Shown here: positions 37,139 through 46,557 of the stretch, in pieces | Layout of the letters: every line of letters starts with the position of its first letter | Position numbering within the stretch: position 1 is the stretch's first letter | From: an uncultured Chloroflexia bacterium | GTDB lineage: Bacteria > Chloroflexota > Dormibacteria > Aeolococcales > Aeolococcaceae | Length of the DNA stretch: 64,000 nucleotides | Assembly (NCBI GenBank): GCA_963841385.1 | Contig: CAWJCO010000002.1 | Location: forward strand, 36,871-100,870 | Direction of reading: 5' to 3' | The notes under the pieces: generated by a model | The model's input: the letters and a program-made list of their open reading frames with translations, nothing else | What the model was told of the DNA's origin: nothing | Database searches by the model: none | Translations under genes and position numbers: made by a program

Positions 37139-38554
37139 GTGACCACGATCGACCTGGACCCCGACCGGCTGCTCCCGGCCGAACCATCCCAGCGCGACGT
37201 GGCCCGCCAGCTCTACCAGGGGGTGCGCGGGCTGCCGATCGTCTCGCCCCACGGGCACGTCGACCCGCTCCTCCTCCTCGAGAACGCGCCCTTCGACAAC
37301 CCCGCATCGCTGTTCGTGACCCCCGATCACTACGTGACCCGGATGCTCCACGCCCAGGGGGTCCCCCTCGACGCGCTGGGCATCCCGAGGCGCGGCGGAG
37401 ACGGCGGCGTGGCCGGACCGCGGGCGGTGTGGCGGATGCTCTGCGAGCACTGGGATGCCTTCCGTGGGACCCCCTCCCGCTACTGGATCGAGGCCGAGCT
37501 GGCCGAGGTCTTCGAGGTCCCGATCCGGCCCTCGGCGGCCGATGCCGACCTGCTCTACGATCGGCTGGTCGAGCGCTTCGCGCTTCCCGAGTTCCGCCCC
37601 CGGGCTCTCTTCCAGCGCTTCGGGGTCGAGGTCCTGGCCACCACCGACGACCCCTGCAGCGACCTCGCCGCCCACCGCAGCCTCGCCGAGGACCCCTCCT
37701 GGAGCGGAAGGTTGGTGCCCACCTTCCGGCCCGACGGCCTCCTCGATCCGTCGCTCCCGGGTTGGTCCGGCCGCCTGGACGAGCTCGGACGTGCCGCCGG
37801 CGTCGACACCCGGCGCTACCCCGGCTACCTCGAGGCGCTGGAGGACCGGCGCCGCTACTTCAGGGAGCACGGTGCGACCGCCACCGACCACGGGCCGCCC
37901 GACCCCGTCACCGTGATGCTCAGTCACGAGCACGCCGAGCGCCTCTTCGCCCAGGCCCTGCTGGGCAGGGCGACCCCCGACGAGCTGCAGGCGTTCCGGG
38001 GCCACATGCTCTGCGAGATGGCCCGGATGTCGTGCGACGACGGCCTGGTGATGCAGCTCCACCCCGGGGTGCTGCGCAACCACCACCCTCCCACCCTGCG
38101 CGACTTCGGAACCGACCGGGGAGCCGACATCCCCGTCGCGGTCGAATTCACCCGCTCCCTGCGTCCCCTGCTCGAGCGCTATGGGGACCACCCCAACTTC
38201 CGGATCGTCCTCTTCACCCTGGATGAGACCACCTGGTCCCGCGAGCTGGCGCCGCTGGCCGGCTTCTACCCGTCCGTCTACCTCGGTGCGCCGTGGTGGT
38301 TCCTGGACACCCCCGACGCCATGCTCCGTTTCCGCGCGGCGGTCACCGACACCGCCGGCTTCGCCAAGACCAGTGGCTTCGTCGACGACACCCGCGCCTT
38401 CTGCTCGATCCCGGCGCGCCACGACACGGCCCGAAGGGTCGACTGCGCCTTCCTGAGCCGGCTGGTGGTCGAGCACCGCCTGGACGAGGAGGAGGCCGCC
38501 GAGACCGCCGGCGACCTCGCCCACCGGCTGCCCCGCCGGGTCTTCCGGTTTTGA
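37139..38554 (+). CDS. uxaC: Glucuronate (uronate) isomerase
   Basis: ACGGAGGAG RBS and GTG 37139. LPIVSPHGHVDP, FVTPDHYVTRMLH, MQLHPGVLRNHH and YLGAPWWFLD are UxaC signatures. The track ORF 36587-38554 includes ~180 spurious upstream codons. Confidence 0.9.
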   Translation: MTTIDLDPDRLLPAEPSQRDVARQLYQGVRGLPIVSPHGHVDPLLLLENAPFDNPASLFVTPDHYVTRMLHAQGVPLDALGIPRRGGDGGVAGPRAVWRMLCEHWDAFRGTPSRYWIEAELAEVFEVPIRPSAADADLLYDRLVERFALPEFRPRALFQRFGVEVLATTDDPCSDLAAHRSLAEDPSWSGRLVPTFRPDGLLDPSLPGWSGRLDELGRAAGVDTRRYPGYLEALEDRRRYFREHGATATDHGPPDPVTVMLSHEHAERLFAQALLGRATPDELQAFRGHMLCEMARMSCDDGLVMQLHPGVLRNHHPPTLRDFGTDRGADIPVAVEFTRSLRPLLERYGDHPNFRIVLFTLDETTWSRELAPLAGFYPSVYLGAPWWFLDTPDAMLRFRAAVTDTAGFAKTSGFVDDTRAFCSIPARHDTARRVDCAFLSRLVVEHRLDEEEAAETAGDLAHRLPRRVFRF

Positions 38555-39945
38555 CCCGCCTCTGCCGCGAGAGCTGGCCGGCGGCCGGGCCGCCACGTCC
38601 GATCCGCGCCGTCCACCTCGGCCTGGGCGCCTTCCACCGCTCGCACCAGGCCTGGTATACCGAGCACGCCTCCGACCGCGACGCGTGGGGGATCGCCGGG
38701 TTCACCGGGCGCAGCCCCGGGACCGCCTCTCTGCTCCAGGAGCAGGGGGGCCTCTACACGCTGGTAGAGCGGGGCCCGGCGGGTGACCGCCCCGAGGTGG
38801 TCGGCAGCATCAGCGCCGCCCACGACGGTGACGATGCCGCCGCCTGGGCCGGCTGGATGTCTGATCCCAGCGTGGCCGTGGTGACACTGACGGTCACCGA
38901 GGCCGGCTACCACCTGGACGGTGCGGGGCACCTGGACCTGGGCCACCCCGAGGTCGCCGCCGACCTCGTGCGCCTGCGGCCGGGTCCCGGCGCCGTGGCG
39001 CGCCCGGCGCGGACGATGCCGGGGCGGGTCGCGGCCGGCCTCGCCGCCCGCCGGCGCTCCGGCGCCGGTCCGATCTCCGTCGTCCCCTGCGACAACCTCA
39101 TGGGCAACGGCGCGGTCACCAGGGACGTCGTTTTCGAGATCTGCGAGGCGGTCGATCCGAGCCTCGCGGGATGGGTGGCGGCCGACGTCTCCTTCGTCTC
39201 CACCGTGGTCGACCGGATCACCCCGTCCACGCTGATCGAGGACCTGGCCCTGGTGGAGCGCGCCATCGGGCGCGAGGATAGGGCGGCGGTGGTCGCCGAG
39301 CCGTTCAGCGAGTGGGTGCTCGCCGGCGAGTTCCCCGCCGGGCGACCCGACTGGGTGAGCGCCGGCGCCCGCCTGGTGACCGACGTGGCCCCGTTCGCGG
39401 AGCGGAAGCTGGGCCTGCTCAACGGGGGCCACTCCCTGCTGGCGTACGCCGGGTCGTCGCTGGGCCACTCCACGGTCGCCGGAGCGGTCGCCGATCCCCG
39501 CTGCCGGGCCTGGCTGGAGGAGTGGTGGGACGCGGTCGCCGGCGTCCTGCCGCTCCCCGCCGACGAGGTCGCCCGCTACCGGTTGGCGCTGCTCGATCGC
39601 TGGACCAACCCGCGGATCAGTCATGCCCTGAGCGCCGTCGCCCGGGACGGATCGCTCAAGCTGGTCCAGCGTGTCCTCCCCGTGATTCACCGCTACCGCG
39701 CGATCGGCGAGCCGCCGCCACCCGGCGCGGCACGCATCCTCGGCGCCTGGCTGGCTCACCTCCGGGGCTCCGGCGCGGCGATCAGCGATCCGCGCGCCAC
39801 CGAGCTGGTCCGGCTAGCCGCCGGGGAACGGTCGGCCGCGGCCCGCGCCCTTCTCGACGCACTCGAGCCCGGACTGGGGGCGGACCGTGGCCTGGCGCGC
39901 GAGGTCGCCGTGACCTGCCAGGAGCTCGAGGGCCGGCCTGGATGA
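38551..39945 (+). CDS. uxuB: Mannitol-dehydrogenase-family oxidoreductase, probably fructuronate/D-mannonate reductase
   Basis: TTG 38551 overlaps the uxaC stop (TTGA). IRAVHLGLGAFHRSHQAWY (Rossmann start), VTLTVTEAGY, VPCDNLMGNG, DRITP and LLNGGHSLLAY are family motifs. Substrate inferred from context only. Confidence 0.75.
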   Translation: MTRLCRESWPAAGPPRPIRAVHLGLGAFHRSHQAWYTEHASDRDAWGIAGFTGRSPGTASLLQEQGGLYTLVERGPAGDRPEVVGSISAAHDGDDAAAWAGWMSDPSVAVVTLTVTEAGYHLDGAGHLDLGHPEVAADLVRLRPGPGAVARPARTMPGRVAAGLAARRRSGAGPISVVPCDNLMGNGAVTRDVVFEICEAVDPSLAGWVAADVSFVSTVVDRITPSTLIEDLALVERAIGREDRAAVVAEPFSEWVLAGEFPAGRPDWVSAGARLVTDVAPFAERKLGLLNGGHSLLAYAGSSLGHSTVAGAVADPRCRAWLEEWWDAVAGVLPLPADEVARYRLALLDRWTNPRISHALSAVARDGSLKLVQRVLPVIHRYRAIGEPPPPGAARILGAWLAHLRGSGAAISDPRATELVRLAAGERSAAARALLDALEPGLGADRGLAREVAVTCQELEGRPG

Positions 39946-40122
39946 TGACGCACCACACCGTGTTCAGGCCATGAATGTCATCTTGTCAAATACCAAGCCG
40001 CACAAGCAGGATCGACGGTGGCGACCGGTCCTCGACCGGCGGACGAGCGATGATTGCGCCACCCTGGGACCGGCCTGCACCCGGCGCTCGGACGGCTCAC
40101 GCATGCTGGAGGCACGACAGTG

Positions 40123-41100
40123 ATGGATCGCGACAACCGGGTGATCGGCATCGACATCGGGGGCACCTTCGGGCGAGGCATGAGGGGAGCGGTGGTCGAC
40201 GGCGGCGCCGGCCTGGGCGAGCGGAAGGAGTTCGTCACGCCCCGCACCAGTCAGGAGCAGCTGGTCGAGTCGCTGGTCACCATGGCGAGCCGCCTCGCCG
40301 AGGGCGCCCGCCGGGATGGAGCACCGGCCACGGCCCTGGGGGTGGCGGTTCCAGGCCTGGTCGACGAGGCGTCGGGGGTGGTCCATCGCAGCCCGAACCT
40401 GAAGCTGGAGGAGGTGGGGCTGGGCCAGATCCTCCAGGACCGGCTGAGGCTGCCCGTCTTCCTGGTTCACGATGCCAGCGCCGGCGCGCTCGCCGAATAC
40501 GCCGTCGGCGCGGGTCGGGCTGTGTCCGACCTGCTGCTCGTGGTCATGGGTGTCGGTGTGGGCAGTGCCGTCATCAGCGGCGGCCGGGTGCTGCGCGGGG
40601 CCCACGGAACCGCGGGAGAGATCGGTCACATCTCCGTCGACCCCGCCGGGATGGTCTGCGGTTGCGGGGGCCGCGGCTGTGTCGAGACCTTCGCCTCCGA
40701 GACCGCCATCGCCCGCCGCTATGCGATGGCGGCCAAGCAGGCGATCCTCGCCGAGGAGGTGATCGCCAGGGCGACCGCCGGAGAGCCTGCGGCGGCCCGC
40801 ATCTGGGGCGACGCCCTGGGCGCCCTCGCGACGGTGATCGCCACCGCGGTGGCGCTGGTCGACTGCGAGCTCGTGGTCCTGGCCGGGACCATGGGCCTCC
40901 CGTCGGTGGCCCTCGCCCCCCTGGGCGACCTGCTGGCCCAGCGGATCAATCTGGTCCAGCTGCCGCGCGTGATGGTCGGAGCTCTGGGTGCCGACGCCGC
41001 ACTCCTCGGCGCGGCGGCCGTCGCCTTCGAGCGCAGCAACGTGGGCCATCCGGTATCCGAATGGCGGAGCTCGAGGCGGTCCGCCGCCGACTCCGCCTGA
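40123..41100 (+). CDS. ROK-family sugar kinase (no N-terminal HTH; substrate unknown)
   Basis: VIGIDIGGT, VHDASAGALAE, GVGVGSAVI, GTAGEIGH and the zinc motif CGCGGRGCVE. Confidence 0.8.
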   Translation: MDRDNRVIGIDIGGTFGRGMRGAVVDGGAGLGERKEFVTPRTSQEQLVESLVTMASRLAEGARRDGAPATALGVAVPGLVDEASGVVHRSPNLKLEEVGLGQILQDRLRLPVFLVHDASAGALAEYAVGAGRAVSDLLLVVMGVGVGSAVISGGRVLRGAHGTAGEIGHISVDPAGMVCGCGGRGCVETFASETAIARRYAMAAKQAILAEEVIARATAGEPAAARIWGDALGALATVIATAVALVDCELVVLAGTMGLPSVALAPLGDLLAQRINLVQLPRVMVGALGADAALLGAAAVAFERSNVGHPVSEWRSSRRSAADSA

Positions 41101-41290
41101 CCGGCGGCGGCGTCTGCGACTGGCGGCGCCGTGGGCCGGCGCGCGCAGCGACCGACTGTCGCTGCCTGCAAAGTGTGAGCCGGAACCGGAGCCCCGCCGC
41201 CTCTCGACGTCCGCCACTGTGGGCCCCGAAACGGCTCCGTGCGCGGTCCCATGAGCAGCGAATAAACCCTGGCGCACCAAGGCAAGATCC

Positions 41291-41319
41291 TTCGTTTCGA
41301 GCGCAGCGAAGCGTATAAT
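41291..41319 (+). promoter_or_regulatory. Candidate sigma-70-type promoter upstream of the xylA remnant
   Basis: TTCGTT (41291-41296), 17-bp spacer, perfect TATAAT (41314-41319), 95 nt upstream of ATG 41414, in a locally AT-richer stretch. CGTTTCGA occurs twice (41293-41300 and 41375-41382). Sequence pattern only. Confidence 0.3.
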
Positions 41320-41413
41320 TCTGATCTGCATTCCGCGAGCTGATTGAGCCGCCGTCAGTGTCGGTATCTTGAACGTTTCGACGCTTGCCGAGGGGCCTTC
41401 GAGGAGAGAGATC

Positions 41414-41998
41414 ATGCTGCAACCGAGCCCCGAAGATCGTTTCTCGTTCGGGCTCTGGACAGTCGGCTGGCAGGGCGTCGACGTGTTTGGCGGCGCGGTG
41501 CGCGAGCCCCTGGATTGAGTGGTGGCGGTGAACCGGCTGGCCGAGCTGGGCGCGTACGGGATCAGCTTCCACGACAACGACGTCTTCCCGTTCTCGGCCA
41601 CTCCGGCTGAGAGGAGCCGCGCGATTGCGCGTTTGCGTGAGGCGGTCGAGGGCGCGGGACTGGTGATCCCCATGGTGACCACCAATCTCTTCTCGCATCC
41701 GGTCTTCCGCGACGGTGCCTTCACGGCCAACGACCGCGAGGTGCGCCGCTTCGCCCTCCGCAAGGTTCTGGACAACCTCGATCTCGCCGCCGAGCTGGGT
41801 GCCGGGATCGTGGTGTTCTGGGGAGGGCGAGAGGGCGTCGAGTCGGGCGCATCGAAGGATGTCCGAGCCGCGCTCGACCGCTACAAGGAGGCCATTCTCT
41901 GCCACCTCGGGGAGCCGTCCGCTGGCGCGATTCGGACCTTTGCAGCGATCACTCGGGCCGGTGACCGCCGGACCTGGCCGGCACTCCATCGAGGTTGA
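41414..41998 (+). pseudogene. xylA: Xylose isomerase remnant: in-frame TGA at 41516-41518 and loss of the C-terminal half
   Basis: GAGGAGAGAG RBS and ATG 41414. [62 protein letters not shown]...[55 protein letters not shown] parallels actinobacterial XylA (recalled: [42 protein letters not shown]). Similarity degenerates after ..[11 protein letters not shown]. The catalytic FAIEPKPNEPRGD and everything downstream are absent in all frames before the convergent GNAT gene. Confidence 0.8.
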
Positions 41999-42208
41999 GG
42001 GTGTCCGGGCCCGTGCGCCGCCCCGCTCCGGGCGGTAGGGGGTACCGGGGCCCCCATCGGGGCTGGCGCCCCGGCGCCGGGGGCCGGAGTGGCCATCACC
42101 CTCGAGGCGAGACGGCCATCGTCGGACGGCGATCAAGGGTGGAGGCGGCAGCACCCGGCGGTGCGGGCCGCCCGCACGGCTCGCCAGGACCCACGGAGCG
42201 GCGCCGGC

Positions 42209-42727
42209 TCAGTGCCGGTCGCGCTCCTGCAGCGGCAGCCAGTAGGCGAGCAGGGAGACGCCGGACACCGGCTCCCAATCCGCGTCGGGATCGCGGCGGA
42301 ACCCGAGCTGTTCATAGAGGGCGCGGGCCGCGGTCATGGCCGGTGCGGTGGAGAGGATCAGCCGGCGGAGGCCCATCTGCTGGGCGCGATGGATGCACTC
42401 GAGGGTGAGCGCCCGGGCGACGCCGCGGCGGCGCGCCTGAGGAGATACGGCGAGCATCCGAAGGACGGCGTCGTCCGAGGACGCCCACTCGGCCCATCTC
42501 GGTCCGGCGGTCGCCGTGAACAGCGACGCCGTGCCGAGCAGGTCGCCGGTCGCGGCGTCGACGGCCACGATGAGGGCACCCGCGGCCGCCCTCGCCGCTG
42601 TGTCTCGGAGGGTCGCCAGATACTCCGGGTGGACCCGCCCGTCCGCGACATAAGCGGAGGTGCCCAGCTCACCCACCGCCGCGTACTCCTCAGGCCGGGC
42701 GGGCCGGATCTCGATCTGGTTGGTCAT
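42209..42727 (-). CDS. GNAT-family N-acetyltransferase
   Basis: 172 aa from ATG 42727. IEIRPARPEEY and the acetyl-CoA motif LAVSPQARRRGVARALTLECI. The track ORF (to 43129) carries a spurious upstream extension. Confidence 0.85.
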   Translation of the reverse strand: MTNQIEIRPARPEEYAAVGELGTSAYVADGRVHPEYLATLRDTAARAAAGALIVAVDAATGDLLGTASLFTATAGPRWAEWASSDDAVLRMLAVSPQARRRGVARALTLECIHRAQQMGLRRLILSTAPAMTAARALYEQLGFRRDPDADWEPVSGVSLLAYWLPLQERDRH

Positions 42728-42957
42728 CAGGCCAAGAACGCTACTCGCAGCACGGGTGGCCTTGTGGAGTTGTCCCGGCAGCCGCCGCGAGAGGGATCCC
42801 GGCCTCTCTCGGCAGCGGGCCCGGAGACGTGCGACGCGGAGTAGTCGACGATGGAGCCAAGCCACGAACGGCGGTCCGGCGCGCTCGCGGGGGTGCGGCC
42901 AGAGAACAAGGGATGGTAGGAACAATCCGCCTGCCGCCTGCTCGACGCGTAGGCGAG

Positions 42958-43440
42958 ATGGACACGGCGATGCGGAGGGCGCGGCACGCCGCGCCCTGGC
43001 TTCTCGTGGTGCTCGCGCTCTCGGCGTGCAGCAGTACGACGCCGCCGGCCTCGCTGAGCAGCGCACCGTCCCAATCGGTCGGGCGCACACCGGCCAGCCT
43101 GCCTTCGCTTCCCGCCCCCAGCCAGGCACCCATCACGGTGGTCACGCTGATGCCCACCTTCGACGGTTCTGGCCCGGCCACGTTGCCGACGGTGGTCCCT
43201 CAGGGGACCCTCTACGTTGAGGTGGCCTGCTCCGGGGGAGCGGCGCTCGAGGCCAGTTCCGGCGACGCGCGTCTGGACATCGTCATTCAGCCGTGCGTAG
43301 GTGAGATAACCACGGTGACAGTACCGACCGAGCAGAGTGACTTGGCGGAGTTCGTGGGCAAACCGCTCAAGCTCCAGGTGTCGGCACAGGTGGGCTGGCC
43401 ATGGCGCGTCTACATCGCCGACGATCCGTCGGGTGCGTAG
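42958..43440 (+). CDS. Predicted lipoprotein (function unknown)
   Basis: MDTAMRRARHAAPWLLVVLALSACSS (lipobox LSAC), an S/P-rich linker, then a small beta-rich domain containing two Cys. Confidence 0.6.
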   Translation: MDTAMRRARHAAPWLLVVLALSACSSTTPPASLSSAPSQSVGRTPASLPSLPAPSQAPITVVTLMPTFDGSGPATLPTVVPQGTLYVEVACSGGAALEASSGDARLDIVIQPCVGEITTVTVPTEQSDLAEFVGKPLKLQVSAQVGWPWRVYIADDPSGA

Positions 43441-43701
43441 AGGTCGGCCTCCGTGCACCGTCGCGTGAACTTCCGGATGAGGCCGTCTCGCTCACTCGAC
43501 CCTGGCCAGGCCACTCGCGCCCGATGGTCGGGCTCTGGTCGCCGCGCAAGGACCAGGATCGGGTGCGATTCTGCGCCTTGCCCGCGTCGTGTCAGCCGGC
43601 ACTCGGGTGGCGGAGGGGGGCGGGACTCGACCGCCGTGATCGGCAGCCGAGCCTTCGAGTGACCGCCACCGCGTCGGTGAGGCTGGGGTGGGGCTGGGGT
43701 G

Positions 43702-43776
43702 TGGCTGGGGAGGAAGGATTCGAACCTTCGAATGGCGGATCCAAAGTCCGCTGCCTTACCACTTGGCTACTCCCCA
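43702..43776 (-). tRNA. tRNA-Gln (anticodon UUG), CCA encoded
   Basis: The minus strand reads TGGGGAGTAGCCAAGTGGTAAGGCAGCGGACTTTGGATCCGCCATTCGAAGGTTCGAATCCTTCCTCCCCAGCCA. Acceptor TGGGGAG/CTCCCCA, anticodon loop CTTTGGA. Confidence 0.9.
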
Positions 43777-44196
43777 GCGGCAGGGTGATCGTAGCCAGAC
43801 ATCGCCGGATGTGGTCGGGCGGCGCGTCGGGGTCCGGCGCGGGGCGATCCCGGCTCGCCCGGGCCGGGTCCCCGGCGGAGCGGCGGCTCCGGGCCGGCCC
43901 AGGGCTCAGACCTGGATGTGGACCCGCGGTATGCGCAGGCGCATGCATCCCGGCCTGCCCGCGGCGGGGCGGCGGCAGCCGCAGCTCCGGTGGACCGCGG
44001 TGAGCCGCCCCAGGCGGGCCAGCCGGCTCGGCCGGGGCCGGTGGTCGGGAACTGGCTCGGAGGGGCTCTGATCGGCCACGGGCCGGATCATACAGAGGCA
44101 GCGGCCCGCTGTCCGCTCGGGGCCGGGGCCGCCGGGGTGAGCCCTGACCTCCCCCCGCCCGAAGCTGGTGGGAGCACCCCGTATACTCCGGCGCAG

Positions 44197-45570
44197 ATGG
44201 GAGATGCACCGCGCGCGGTGATCCTCGCCGCAGGGCAGGGCACCAGGATGAGGAGCGCCCGTCCCAAGGTGCTCCATCCGCTGGCCGGCCGGCCGATGCT
44301 GCTCCACATCGTCGACGTGGCGCGGGAGGCGACGGGAGTGCGTCCCATCGTGGTGCTGAGCCCGGGTCAGCCGGCGGTCCGCGAAGCGATCGACGCGATC
44401 GCCGAGGTCGTGACCCAGCCCGAGCCGCGGGGGACCGGTGACGCTCTGCGCAGCCTGCCCGCGGAGAGGCGGGAGGAGGGCCCGGTGGTGGTCCTCTACG
44501 GCGACCTCCCCCTGCTGCGCGCGGAGACCATCCGCGGCCTGCTCCGGACCCAGGCGGCGAGCGGCGCCGCCTGCGTCCTGCTCACCGTGATCCCCGAGCG
44601 TCCGGCCGGGCTGGGTCGGGTGGTGCGCGGCCGCTTGGGCCGGGTGGAGCGCGTCGTCGAGGAGCGCGACCTGCCGGCTGGCGAGCCCGTCCCCGCCGAG
44701 TGCAACGCGGGCGTCTACGTCTTCTCCGGGACCCGGCTCTGGCCGGCGCTGGAGGCGCTCTCCGCCGACAACGCCCAGGGCGAGCACTACCTCACCGACC
44801 TGATCGGGATGCTCGTCCCCGACGTGGAGGCCGTGCTCGCCACCGACCCCGACGAGGCGATGGGGGTGAACGACCGCAGCCAGCTGGCCGCTGCCGAGGC
44901 GGTGATGCGGCGCCGCCTGCTGGAGGCGCTGATGCTGGCCGGGGTCACCGTCGAGGACCCGGCGACCACCTACGTGGACGCCGCGGTGAGGGTGGGCGCC
45001 GACACCGTGCTGCGGCCGATGACCGTGCTCCGGGGCGAGACCGTGATCGGGCGGGAGTGCGAGATCGGGCCGATGGCCCAGATCCGCGACAGCCGCATCG
45101 GTGACCGGGTCCGGGTCGGCGCCTCGGTCATCGACGAGGCCGAGATCGCCGACGGTGTCGAGATCGGCCACTTCAATCGGGTCCGGCCCGGCAGCGTGCT
45201 CGAATCGGGGGTATCTTTGGGAACGCATGCCGAGGTCAAGAACAGTCGGGTCGGGGCGGGCAGCCACATCAACCACGTCTCCTGCGTGCTCGACAGCGAC
45301 GTGGGCCGCGACGTCAACGTCGGTGCCGGCACCATCACCTGCAACTACGACGGCCGGGCCAAGCACCGGACCGTCATCGGGGACGAGGTCTTCGTCGGCA
45401 GCAACAGCAGCCTGGTGGCCCCGGTCCGGATCGGACGCGGCGCCTACGTCGCCGCCGCCAGCATCGTCACCCGGGACGTCCCCGAGGGAGCCCTGGCGGT
45501 CGGCCGGGCCCGTCAGCGCAACGTCGAGGGCTGGCATCCGCGGGAGCGGCCGGAGGACCCGCGGCCGTGA
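44197..45570 (+). CDS. glmU: Bifunctional UDP-N-acetylglucosamine pyrophosphorylase / glucosamine-1-phosphate N-acetyltransferase
   Basis: AVILAAGQGTRMRSARPKVLHPLAGRPML (LxxGxGTRM), a left-handed beta-helix hexapeptide C-domain, and NYDGRAKHRTVIGDEVFVGSNS. ATG 44197. Confidence 0.95.
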   Translation: MGDAPRAVILAAGQGTRMRSARPKVLHPLAGRPMLLHIVDVAREATGVRPIVVLSPGQPAVREAIDAIAEVVTQPEPRGTGDALRSLPAERREEGPVVVLYGDLPLLRAETIRGLLRTQAASGAACVLLTVIPERPAGLGRVVRGRLGRVERVVEERDLPAGEPVPAECNAGVYVFSGTRLWPALEALSADNAQGEHYLTDLIGMLVPDVEAVLATDPDEAMGVNDRSQLAAAEAVMRRRLLEALMLAGVTVEDPATTYVDAAVRVGADTVLRPMTVLRGETVIGRECEIGPMAQIRDSRIGDRVRVGASVIDEAEIADGVEIGHFNRVRPGSVLESGVSLGTHAEVKNSRVGAGSHINHVSCVLDSDVGRDVNVGAGTITCNYDGRAKHRTVIGDEVFVGSNSSLVAPVRIGRGAYVAAASIVTRDVPEGALAVGRARQRNVEGWHPRERPEDPRP

Positions 45571-46532
45571 GTGACTCGAACCCCTACGGGGAGTTGATGC
45601 TGCTCTCCGGGACCGGCAACCCGGAGCTGAGCCAGAGGATCTCTCGCGAGATCGACCTCCCGCTCGCCCCCATGGACATCACCCGCTTCGCGGACGGCGA
45701 GTTCGACGTGAAGATCCACGAGTCGGTGCGCGGCCACGACGTCTTCCTGATCCAGCCCACCTGCCAGCCGGTGAGTGACAACCTGATCCAGCTCTTCGTC
45801 ACCCTGGACGCCCTCCGGCGCGCCTCGGCGGCCCGGATCACCGCGGTGATCCCCTACTACGGGTACCAGCGGAAGGAGAAGAAGACCGCTCCGCGGGACC
45901 CCATCTCGGCCAAGCTGATGGCCAACATCATCGAGCTGGCGGGGGCCAGCCGGGTGGTTGCGGTGGACCTTCACGCCGAGGCCATCCAGGGGTTCTTCGA
46001 CATCCCCGTGGATGCGCTCACCGCCACCAAGATCCTGGCCCGGCGAGTCCGAGAACGTCATGGCAACAACGTGGTGGTGGTCTCGCCTGACACCGGGGGC
46101 GCGCTCCGCGCCCGGCGCCTGGGCAGGCTCCTCGACGCCCCGATCGCGATCATCGACAAGCGGCGGCCTCGCGACGACGCCGTCGAGGTGGTCCATGTGG
46201 TCGGTGACGTGGCCGGCATGCACGCCGTGATCGTCGACGACCTGATCTCGACCGGGGGGACCCTGATCAGCGCCAGCGAGGCTCTGAAGGGGAAGGGTGC
46301 CACCGGCGTCGACGTGGTCGCCACTCACGGCCTGCTCACCGAGGGCGCCCTCGAGCGCCTCCGCGAGGCTCCCATCGATGAGATCTGTGTCACCGACACC
46401 ATCCCCGTCAGTGACCCCGCGCGCGTCCTCGACAACCACCCCAGGCTCCGGGTGCTCTCGGTGGCGCCGCTGATCGCCGAGGCGATCGTGCGCGTCCATG
46501 AGGGGAGGAGCGTCAGCGAGCTGTTCCGATGA
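45567..46532 (+). CDS. prs: Ribose-phosphate pyrophosphokinase
   Basis: GTG overlaps the glmU stop (GTGA). FADGEFDVKIHESVRGHDVFLIQ, DLHAEAIQGFF, and the PRPP loop VIVDDLISTGGTL. Confidence 0.95.
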   Translation: MSDSNPYGELMLLSGTGNPELSQRISREIDLPLAPMDITRFADGEFDVKIHESVRGHDVFLIQPTCQPVSDNLIQLFVTLDALRRASAARITAVIPYYGYQRKEKKTAPRDPISAKLMANIIELAGASRVVAVDLHAEAIQGFFDIPVDALTATKILARRVRERHGNNVVVVSPDTGGALRARRLGRLLDAPIAIIDKRRPRDDAVEVVHVVGDVAGMHAVIVDDLISTGGTLISASEALKGKGATGVDVVATHGLLTEGALERLREAPIDEICVTDTIPVSDPARVLDNHPRLRVLSVAPLIAEAIVRVHEGRSVSELFR

Positions 46533-46557
46533 GTAGCTCAGACCCTCCGCCGCAGCC

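Noticed and set aside
41516-41518. The in-frame TGA in xylA as selenocysteine, Trp/Gly reassignment or programmed read-through
   Set aside because: TGA terminates many conserved genes in this window at their expected ends. I saw no SECIS-like hairpin immediately downstream. The gene is also truncated and degenerate further on, so a pseudogene is the economical reading.
43906-45537. 543-aa minus-strand ORF
   Set aside because: Antisense to glmU, which has clear motifs. Its only non-overlapping part (43906-44090) encodes an Arg/Cys-rich peptide with no recognisable feature.
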